Made by a program: the position numbers and the translations under genes. Shown here piece by piece: positions 1-7,900 of a DNA stretch of 64,000 nt. The stretch comes from Actinomycetota bacterium (GTDB lineage Bacteria > Actinomycetota > Actinomycetes > S36-B12), in assembly GCA_016870195.1 (NCBI GenBank), contig VGCC01000007.1:1336-65335 (forward strand), written 5' to 3'. Each line of letters opens with the position of its first letter. The first letter of the stretch is position 1. The notes below the pieces were generated by a model. That model was not told where the DNA came from. It saw only the letters and a list, made by a program, of their open reading frames with translations, and made no database searches.

Positions 1-427
1 TCGTGGGGAATACGCAGTGCGGGTGACCGCCAGCGGCCCACACGACGTCGTATTTCGAGAGTGCAATGTCGACGATGGTGCGCAGCGGCTCAGGGTGCCC
101 GACGGGGGCAACGCCACCGATGGCGAATCCAGTTGCATTGCGTACGTCGTCGGCGTTGGCCTTGGTGATGGTCGCACCGCCAAGGACTGCGGACAGTTTG
201 TCCGTGTCCACGCGGTGGCCGCCGGATGCCATGACCAAGACGGGGTCACCGTCGGCGAGGAAGACCAGGGAGCTGGCGATCTGACCCACTTCGATGCCCA
301 GGGCATCCGCGGCTTCCTTGGCGGTGCGGGCACTGTCGTCAAGGCGACGTACCTCACCGGTGGCTCCCCGCAGGCGGAGTGCTTCGCGGACGACGATGAC
401 TGATTGCTGTTCGGTCTGCTCGGTCAT
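1..427 (-). CDS. YbaK/EbsC-type aminoacyl-tRNA trans-editing (deacylase) domain protein, 3' end cut by window edge
   Basis: Not in the ORF track because it is open at the window edge. Hand translation from ATG 427-425 gives MTEQTEQQSVIVVREALRLRGATGEVRRLDDSARTAKEAADALGIEVGQIASSLVFLADGDPVLVMASGGHRVD...GFAIGGVAPVGHP. That pattern is typical of YbaK/ProX-like domains. Confidence 0.6.
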   Translation of the reverse strand, partial: MTEQTEQQSVIVVREALRLRGATGEVRRLDDSARTAKEAADALGIEVGQIASSLVFLADGDPVLVMASGGHRVDTDKLSAVLGGATITKANADDVRNATGFAIGGVAPVGHPEPLRTIVDIALSKYDVVWAAGGHPHCVFPT

Positions 428-433
428 GCGCAC

Positions 434-439
434 AGGGTA
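434..439 (-). promoter_or_regulatory. candidate -10 (TACCCT) placed 6 nt upstream of ATG 427, compatible with a leaderless transcript
   Basis: The minus strand reads TACCCT-gtgcgc-ATG. No Shine-Dalgarno sequence lies in the 24-bp gap to the divergent ATPase ORF. Confidence 0.3.
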
Positions 440-452
440 GGGCGCGTCTTCG

Positions 453-2348
453 GTGCGGGAGACTTGCGCCGTGGCGAGTGACGGAGCGGGGGCGGCGTAC
501 GCACGCGCCTTCGTGCAGACCCGCTCGGGGCAGCGCGCTCTGGTGGTTCTGGCCTGCTTGGTCCTCTACGGGGTCACCTTCCTGCTCGGACTGTCATCGC
601 TCTGGCAGGCATTGCCGATCCTCATCGCCGCGGTGCTGGTGGGTATCCCGCTGCTGATCGCGATCGTCAAGGACGCGGTCAAGCTGCGCATGGGTGCCGA
701 TGTTCTCGGTCTGATGGCGATGGTCACCGGTGCCGTGATGCAGGAATGGCTCGTGGTGGGGATCATCGCGTTGATGGTCTCCGGCGGGGAGGCGCTGGAG
801 AGTGCTGCATCGCTACGCGCCTCACAGATCCTTGCTGCCCTCGCACAACGCTCGCCCACGATTGCCCACCGGGTGGATGTCGACGGCACGTTGCATGACG
901 TGTCGGTCGATCAGATCGACGTGGACGATCTCGTCGTCGTGCTCCCGCACGAGATCTGTCCCGTGGACGGGATGGTGATCGAAGGGCGCGGGGCAATGGA
1001 CGAGTCCTTCCTCACGGGGGAGCCGTATGTGGTGCCCAAGGCACCGGGCAGCACTGTGATGAGCGGTGCGATCAACAGCACGGTGGCGATGCGTGTGCGC
1101 GCGACCACGCGTGCTGAGGACAGCCGGTATGCCCAGATCGTCGGGGTGTTGACGCAGGCGGAGCAGGAGCGACCCCCGATCCGCCGGCTGGCGGACCGAC
1201 TCGGTGCCGCCTACACCCTGATCGCGGTGGCGATCGCGGTCCTGGGCTGGGTGATCAGTGGTGATCCGCAGCGATTCCTCGCCGTGCTCGTCATCGCGAC
1301 ACCGTGCCCGCTCTTGATCGGTGTCCCCGTAGCGGTGATCGGTGCGATCTCGCTGGCGGCGCGGCACGGGATCATCGTCAAGGACCCGTCGATGCTCGAG
1401 CGCATCAGTACCGCGCGCACGATGATCTTCGATAAGACCGGGACGCTGACCTATGGACGTCCGCGGTTGGCGGAGGTGTTCACCGCGCCGGGATTCGACC
1501 GCACCCAGGTTCTGGCATGGGTCGCGGCTGCCGAGCAGTTCAGCAGACACCCGCTGGCCTCCGCTGTCGTCGAAGCCATTGAGACACCGCTACTGGCACC
1601 CGACCGCGTCGAGGAAGTGCCGGGCAAGGGCTTGGTGGCCACGGTCGCGGGGCACGACATCGAGGTCACCGGGCGTGCGGCGCTCGTAGCTCGCTCGCCG
1701 GAGTCGGCGGCGCTACTGCCGGCGGAGGCGGCGGGGCTGGAATGTGTGGTGCTGGTCGATGGTGTGTATGCCGCGACGTTGCAGTTCCGCGATGAACCGC
1801 GGGAGGGTGCCCGCTCGTTTATCCAACATCTGCCGGCCAACCACAAGGTGGTGCGCACGATCCTGATCTCCGGGGATCGGCAGAGCGAGGTCGATTACCT
1901 GTCGAACCACGTGGGTATGGACGAGGCGTACGCGTCCGTTCCACCGGAGGAGAAGTTGCGCATGGTGCGCGAGGAGACCGCGCGCGGGCCGACGGTGTTC
2001 CTGGGGGATGGCATCAACGACGCCCCCGCAATGACCGCGGCCACGGTGGGTGTCGCGTTCGGCCGCAACAACGACGTCACCGCCGAAGCCGCCGATGCCG
2101 TGGTCCTGGATTCCTCCCTTGAGCGTCTTGATGAGTTGTTGCATATCGGTGCGCGCATGCGGCGCATCGCCCTGCAGACCGCCATCGGAGGTATCGCCCT
2201 CAGCGTGATCGGCATGGGACTGGCCGTATTCGGGCTCCTGCCCCCCGTGGCCGGAGCGATCGCCCAGGAGGTGATCGACGTGTTGGCCATCCTCAACGCC
2301 ACACGGGTGGGTTTGACCCGCAAGCCGATGGCGGACTTCCGGAAGTGA
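453..2348 (+). CDS. heavy-metal (P1B-type) cation-translocating P-type ATPase without N-terminal metal-binding domain
   Basis: 631-aa ORF. Motifs: LTGEPYVV (TGE actuator), FDKTGTLT (phosphorylation site), GDGINDAPA (hinge), TM6 ATPCPLL (xPC metal site) and C-terminal AQEVIDVLAILNATR. No CxxC domain. The start is uncertain (GTG 453 or downstream). Confidence 0.85.
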   Translation: MRETCAVASDGAGAAYARAFVQTRSGQRALVVLACLVLYGVTFLLGLSSLWQALPILIAAVLVGIPLLIAIVKDAVKLRMGADVLGLMAMVTGAVMQEWLVVGIIALMVSGGEALESAASLRASQILAALAQRSPTIAHRVDVDGTLHDVSVDQIDVDDLVVVLPHEICPVDGMVIEGRGAMDESFLTGEPYVVPKAPGSTVMSGAINSTVAMRVRATTRAEDSRYAQIVGVLTQAEQERPPIRRLADRLGAAYTLIAVAIAVLGWVISGDPQRFLAVLVIATPCPLLIGVPVAVIGAISLAARHGIIVKDPSMLERISTARTMIFDKTGTLTYGRPRLAEVFTAPGFDRTQVLAWVAAAEQFSRHPLASAVVEAIETPLLAPDRVEEVPGKGLVATVAGHDIEVTGRAALVARSPESAALLPAEAAGLECVVLVDGVYAATLQFRDEPREGARSFIQHLPANHKVVRTILISGDRQSEVDYLSNHVGMDEAYASVPPEEKLRMVREETARGPTVFLGDGINDAPAMTAATVGVAFGRNNDVTAEAADAVVLDSSLERLDELLHIGARMRRIALQTAIGGIALSVIGMGLAVFGLLPPVAGAIAQEVIDVLAILNATRVGLTRKPMADFRK

Positions 2349-2650
2349 TGTGGTCTGCTGGTGGCATGGAGCTGCTGAGCACCGAGGCCATCGCGGACTT
2401 CTGTTCCTCGCATGCGGAGTGGTCGTACGCCGACGGGGCGCTGCGCGCCACGTTCTCGGCACGTGACTTCCCCGCGGCGATCGCGTGGGTCGATGCGATC
2501 GCGGTGATCGCCGAGGAGATGGACCACCACCCGGACATCGACATCCGGTGGCGCACCCTGCACTTCACGCTGAGCACGCATTCGGCCGGTGGTGTCACGG
2601 CGCTGGATACGGAATTGGCGACCCGGATCGAGGCCGTGGTCGCGAGCTAG
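2345..2650 (+). CDS. phhB: pterin-4-alpha-carbinolamine dehydratase (PCD/DCoH family)
   Basis: About 100-aa ORF with EEMDHHPDIDIRWRTLHFTLSTHSAGGVT, the HHPD core of the PCD family. The start is ambiguous (GTG 2345, ATG 2348 or ATG 2366). It overlaps the ATPase stop. Confidence 0.8.
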   Translation: MMWSAGGMELLSTEAIADFCSSHAEWSYADGALRATFSARDFPAAIAWVDAIAVIAEEMDHHPDIDIRWRTLHFTLSTHSAGGVTALDTELATRIEAVVAS

Positions 2651-4035
2651 ATCGCCACGGTCTCGTTGGGTTCGGGGACCACCACGGCCGTATGCAATTC
2701 CTCGCGCAGTTGCGCGGCCAAAGCATCGGCGGCATCGGGTTCCCCGTGCACGATGAAGATCTGCCCGGGTGTGGTGCGGCCCGCTTCGATCCACGCGAGG
2801 AGTTCGGAGCGGTCGGCGTGCACGCTGAAGGCGTCGATCTGGGCGATCTCCGCGCGCACCGGCACGTAGTGACCATGGATCTTGATCTGCTCGGCACCGT
2901 CGGCGAGCATGCACCCGGGCGTGCCTGCCGCCTGGTAACCCACGAGGAGGACGCTCGATTTCGGATCAGGCAGGAACGCCTTGAGGTGGTGCGTCACGCG
3001 ACCACCGGTGCCCATCCCCGATGCGCTGATGATGATCTGGCTGTGTCCGGCGTCGAGTTCCTTGGAGTCCTCGGGTGTGCGGGCGGCACGCAGGGTCGGC
3101 AGGTCGATGAGCGCCTTCCCCTCGGCGATCGCCGACGTCGTCAACTCCGGATCCGCGTTCTCCACCGCCTCGCGGTAGATGTCCAGAGCCGCAAGTGCCA
3201 TCGGGCTGTCGATATAGATGGGTGCGAGGGGAATGCGGTGCTGGTCGATCAGCCGGCGCAGTGTGATGAGTAGCACCTCGGTGCGGTCCACCGCGAACGC
3301 GGGGATGACCACCGTGCCACCGCGCTTGAGGGTGCGGCTGATCACGGTGGCCATCTCGTCGATCTCGGCATCGAAGTCCGCGTGATCGCGATCCCCGTAG
3401 GTCGACTCGATGACGATCGCGTTCGCGTCGACGGGGGGAGTGGGCGGATCGAGGAGCGGGTGGTTGCCGCGACCGAGATCACCGCTGAACACCAGTCGCC
3501 GCTGTCCCTCCGGTGTCGTCTCGGTCAGGGTGGTCGTGGAGGAACCGAGAATGTGGCCGGCCGGATCGAGCACGCACCGCAGGTCGTCGAGCAGGGGGAA
3601 ATCGTCGCCGAACTCGCGGGGAACTAGCAGTCCGATCGCGGCCTCGGCGTCGATCGAGTCGTAGAGCGGCTTGGGTTCGGCGTGCCGGCTGAAGCCCTTG
3701 CGTCGGGCGTAGGCGGTGTCCTCCTCCTGCAACTTCGCCGAGTCGCGCAGGATGATCGGGACCAGGCGTGCGGTGTTGGGGGAGCAGTAGATCGGCCCGG
3801 TGAACCCGTCGCGGACCAGGGCCGGGACGTACCCGCAGTGGTCGAGGTGGGCGTGGGTGAGCACCACGGCGGAGATGTCCGCCGGATTCAGCGGGAAGTC
3901 GGCCCAGTTGCGCTCCCGGATCTGGCGGGGCCCCTGGAACAGGCCGCAGTCGACCAGGACGGTGCCGGCCGGGGTGCTCACGGCGAATCGGGACCCGGTG
4001 ACCGTGCCCACCGCCCCGAGGAAGGTCAACTTCAC
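2647..4035 (-). CDS. metallo-beta-lactamase fold hydrolase with beta-CASP domain (RNA/DNA nuclease family)
   Basis: 462 aa. Motifs: THAHLDHCGY (HxHxDH), AGHILGS, ESTYGDRDH, and C-terminal SVHADRSEL and FIVHGEP, typical of beta-CASP enzymes. Confidence 0.8.
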   Translation of the reverse strand: MKLTFLGAVGTVTGSRFAVSTPAGTVLVDCGLFQGPRQIRERNWADFPLNPADISAVVLTHAHLDHCGYVPALVRDGFTGPIYCSPNTARLVPIILRDSAKLQEEDTAYARRKGFSRHAEPKPLYDSIDAEAAIGLLVPREFGDDFPLLDDLRCVLDPAGHILGSSTTTLTETTPEGQRRLVFSGDLGRGNHPLLDPPTPPVDANAIVIESTYGDRDHADFDAEIDEMATVISRTLKRGGTVVIPAFAVDRTEVLLITLRRLIDQHRIPLAPIYIDSPMALAALDIYREAVENADPELTTSAIAEGKALIDLPTLRAARTPEDSKELDAGHSQIIISASGMGTGGRVTHHLKAFLPDPKSSVLLVGYQAAGTPGCMLADGAEQIKIHGHYVPVRAEIAQIDAFSVHADRSELLAWIEAGRTTPGQIFIVHGEPDAADALAAQLREELHTAVVVPEPNETVAI

Positions 4036-4055
4036 GGCTCAGGTGTACCACGGGC

Positions 4056-4085
4056 TTGACGGCTGTCGGAGGGTCGGTTTAACGT
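4056..4085 (+). promoter_or_regulatory. candidate promoter TTGACG-N18-TAACGT with embedded TGTCGGAG-N8-TAACGT (RecA-NDp / PafBC-type motif, 1 mismatch)
   Basis: TTGACG at 4056-4061, TGTCGGAG at 4064-4071 and TAACGT at 4080-4085. Compared with the published consensus tTGTCRgtg-N8-TAnnnT. Confidence 0.5.
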
Positions 4086-4086
4086 A

Positions 4087-4118
4087 CCCCGTATTCGAAC
4101 ACCTGTTCGAATACGGGG
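4087..4118. promoter_or_regulatory. LexA (SOS) operator: perfect 14-4-14 palindrome containing TCGAAC-ACCT-GTTCGA
   Basis: ccccgtattcgaac acct gttcgaatacgggg. The core at 4095-4110 matches the actinobacterial LexA box TCGAAC-N4-GTTCGA exactly. It sits between the divergent beta-CASP gene and the DnaE2 cassette. Confidence 0.75.
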
Positions 4119-4191
4119 TCGGAGTCGCGGCCGGCCCCGAGCCTCCTTCGGCTCACCGGGACCGCCTCGACCCCGGTCCCGGTGAGACGAA

Positions 4192-4479
4192 GTGAGGGGC
4201 GTGAACAAGAGGTATGGCGGTCGGTCGGTCCAGGTCCGGACCGATCCGGGCGGAACCCCCACGGGCTTCCGCTGGAAGGGCCGGGAGTTCCGGGTGCGCT
4301 CGGTACTCGATCGGTGGGTCGAGGGTGAGGCGTGGTGGCAGGCCGAGGGTCTGCTGTCCGTCAGTGGCCAGCGCACGTTCTGGCGGGTCGAATGCACATC
4401 CGGTTCCGTGCAGGGAACGGGTGTCTACGACCTCTCGGTCACCGCACAGCGGTGGGGGATCGAGCAGGTCATGGATTGA
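4192..4479 (+). CDS. small conserved hypothetical protein (95 aa, Trp/Arg-rich), first gene of DnaE2 cassette
   Basis: ORF with high GC3. Sequence FRWKGREFRVRSVLDRWVEGEAWWQ...FWRVEC. From memory it resembles the small DUF-type proteins found next to actinobacterial imuB/dnaE2; this was not verified. Confidence 0.55.
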   Translation: MRGVNKRYGGRSVQVRTDPGGTPTGFRWKGREFRVRSVLDRWVEGEAWWQAEGLLSVSGQRTFWRVECTSGSVQGTGVYDLSVTAQRWGIEQVMD

Positions 4480-4499
4480 TACCAGCGCAGGAGAAGCAC

Positions 4500-4904
4500 A
4501 TGACCCGTTCCACGGACGATCTCATCGCATCGGCGCGGCGCAGTCTCACCGATGCCGCCATCGCCCACACACCGCAGGACCGTTACGCCGCCGCGCACCT
4601 CGCGGCACTGCGTGCGGCCGCTGCCGTCCTCGCCTCCGATGCCCGTCCCGATGGAATGCGCGGACGCGTGCGCAGTGTCTGGGCCGTCCTCCCGCAGGTC
4701 GCGGTGGAGTTCGGCGAGTGGGCGGACTTCTTCGCCGCCGGTGCGCGTAAGCGTTCAGCCGCCATGGCCGGTGTTCCCTGCGTGAGTCATCGCGAGGCCG
4801 ATGACCTGGTCCGCGACGCCGAGGAGTTCCTCGCGCGCGTCTGCGTGCACCTGGGTATCGCCTATCAAGCACCCCTCGTCCCCGGACTGCGTTTCGTCAG
4901 TTAG
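4500..4904 (+). CDS. HEPN-like all-alpha protein (SAV_6107-type as recalled), 134 aa
   Basis: ATG 4500 is preceded by AGGAGA. The protein is Ala-rich and helical, with DRYAAAHLAALRAAAAVLA (R-x4-H) and SHREADDLVRDAEEFLARV. The longer track ORF from 4332 is rejected as a 5' extension. Confidence 0.55.
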   Translation: MTRSTDDLIASARRSLTDAAIAHTPQDRYAAAHLAALRAAAAVLASDARPDGMRGRVRSVWAVLPQVAVEFGEWADFFAAGARKRSAAMAGVPCVSHREADDLVRDAEEFLARVCVHLGIAYQAPLVPGLRFVS

Positions 4905-4938
4905 CGGGCTGTTGCCGGTGGCCTCCTGTCCATCGGCC

Positions 4939-4973
4939 GGGGCCTCGGCGTATTCCCCCTGCGCCGAGGCCCC
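4939..4973 (+). other. 12-bp perfect GC-rich stem-loop between the HEPN-like gene and dnaE2
   Basis: ggggcctcggcg (4939-4950), loop tattccccctg, cgccgaggcccc (4962-4973). No U-tract follows. Confidence 0.5.
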
Positions 4974-4994
4974 TCCATCCCGCATCGGATTCCT

Positions 4995-7900
4995 ATGCCG
5001 TCGACATCCACTCCGTTCACCCACCTGCAGGTGGCCTCGAGTCATTCCCTGCAGTACGGGACCGCCACCGCGCAGGCTCTGGTCACCCGTGCCGCCGAGT
5101 TCGGTCAACCGATCATCGGCGTCACCGACCGCGATGGTCTCTACGGTGCGGTGCAGTGGGCGCACGCGTGTCGCGATGCCGGAGTCGCCCCGGTCATCGG
5201 AGTGGATCTCGCGGTGGAGCCGAGTAGTCCCACGCACGCGGTGTCCCGTCGCACCCCCGCACGCGGTGGTGCGTGGATCGAGGAATCACGCCCGCGGGTG
5301 GTGTTCCTCGCCTCGGGTGCGCGCGGGTGGGCATCCCTGTGTCGGCTCGTCACCGCCGCGCACTCGCACACCCGTGGGGATCCGTACCTCACCTGGCAGT
5401 CGGTGCAGCAGCACCACGAAGGTGTCGTCGCGCTGCTGACACCGGACTCCGAACCCGGACGCCTGCTCGCCGCGGATCGTCCATGGCGTGCGGATGCGGC
5501 GGTGCGTCCGTGGCGCGCCCTGTTCGGTCGGTGGCTGGCGATGGCGGTCAGCTGCCACCATCGGCCCGCCGGTCATCGGCACTCCCTGGCAGCGGCCGCG
5601 CGCACGGTGCGGTGGGCGCGGGAGAACCACCTTCCCGTCGTGCTGACCAATGGCGTGCGCTACCTCGATCGCACCGACGCACCGGTCGCCGACATCCTCG
5701 ATGCCTCGCGCCTGCTGGTGCCGCTGCGCTCCAGCCGCCTAGAACACGCCAACGGCGAAGCGTTCTTGAAGTCGTCCGCGGAGATGGCGCAGGTGGCCGA
5801 GGAAATCGCCCGCGCCGCGGGGGAACGTGATCGCCACCGGCTCGTCACCGACACGATCCACCTTGCCGAATTCTGCGCACTGCAACCCGAACGCGATCTG
5901 GGACTCGGGGAGGTGTTCGTCCCCGAACTCGACGTCCTCGTCGACCACCCGGTCACCGATCCGGTGCGCGAGGCCACCGCACTGCTCTGGCAGCGGTGCC
6001 GCTCCGCCCTCCCGCAGCGTTATGACAGTGGTGAGCTGCGTGCCGCCGAGGAACGCCTGGCCGCGGAGATGCGCACCATCGAGCACCTCGGGTTCGCCGG
6101 TTACTTCCTCACCGTCGCCGAGGTGGTGGACATGATTCGCGCGGAGGGTGTGCGCGTGGCCGCACGCGGATCGGGTGCCGGCAGCCTGGTCAACCATCTC
6201 CTCGGGATCTCCGGTGTCGATCCCATGCGGCACGGATTGTTGATGGAGCGGTTCCTGTCCCCGCTGCGGCGGATGCTCCCGGACATCGACATCGACGTCG
6301 AGTCCGCGCGGCGCACCGAGATGTATGACCGAATCTTTGAACGCTTCGGTCACGAGCGCGTGGCCTGCGTGGCGATGATGGAGACCTACCGTGTGCGGCA
6401 CGCGGTGCGCGATGTCGGTAAAGCCCTCGGAATGCCTGCTGCGGAAGTCGATGCGTTGGCCAAGTCCTTCCCGCATGTGCGGGCCCGCTACGCCCGCTCC
6501 GCACTCGCGGACCTGCCGGAACTGCGGTCCTCGACCTTCGGTCGACTCGCCGCGGAGGGAACGCTCGATCGGTTCCTCACCCTGGTGGAATCCCTCGACG
6601 GCCTGCCACGGCATGTGGCCCTGCACCCGTGCGGTGTGATCCTGTCCGACCTCACCCTCCTGGACCGCACACCCACCGAGACCAGCGCGGCCGGGTACGC
6701 GATGAGTCAATTCGACAAGCACGACGTCGAACACATGGGCTTCCTCAAACTCGACGTCCTCGGGGTGCGCATGCAGTCGGCGATGGCCTACGCCCTCGAC
6801 GAGATCGAGCGCACGGAGGGGGTGCGCGTCGAACTCGACACCACATCCCTCGACGATCCGGACACCTTCGCGCTCATCCGCACCACCCACACCCTCGGCT
6901 GCTTCCAGATCGAATCCCCCGGGCAGCGGGAGTTGATCGGCAAGTTCGCCCCCGAGTACTTCTCCGACCTCATCATCGACATCTCGCTGTTCCGACCCGG
7001 CCCGGTGAAGTCGGACATGGTGACCCCGTTCCTGCGGGCACGACAGGGCTGGAGCAGCCCGGAGTATCCGCACCCAGACCTGCGCTCAATCGTCGAGGAG
7101 ACCTACGGGGTCGTGGTGTTCCACGAGCAGGTGATGCAGATCGTGGCCACCATGACCGGCTGCTCGCTGGCCGAGGCCGACGAGTCGAGGCGGGCCATGG
7201 GTTCACCGGAGGGACAGGACGAGGTGCGGGTGTGGTTCTACCGCGCCGCGCATGCGCAGGGATACGAACTCGCGGTGATCGAACGGGTGTGGGAGATCCT
7301 GCGCGCCTTCGCCTCCTTCGGATTCTGCAAAGCGCATGCCGCGGCTTTCGCGCTACCCACCTATCAATCCGCGTGGCTCAAGGCCCACCATCCCGCGGCG
7401 TTCTTCAGCGGGGTACTCACCCACGACCCGGGGATGTATCCCAAGCGACTCATCCTCGACGACGCACGCCACTTCGGCGTAGTGATCCTCGGTCTGGACA
7501 TCAACGCCTCGCGCGCCGGGTACCACGCGGAGCGCATGCCGGACGGGGAGTGGGGACTGCGCATGGCGTTCCAGGAAGTGAAGGGGATCAGCGACACCGA
7601 GGTCGAGGCACTCGTCGCGGGCCAACCCTTCTCCTCCCTCGAGGATGTGATGCACCGCGCGGGGATCTCCCGGCCCACCGCGGAGAACCTGGTCCTCGCC
7701 GGTGCCTTCGATGCGCTCTACGGGTTCCAGCAGGGCACCCACCGGCGTCACCACCTCACCCGCCGGGACCTGCTCATCCACATCGCCGAGCACGATCGCA
7801 GTCGTAGGTCGCAGATCTCCCCGGCGCAGTTGTCCCTGGACATGTCCTCGACGATCACCGACGTCGTTCCGTCGGGACTGGGGGAAATGAACGCGGGGGA

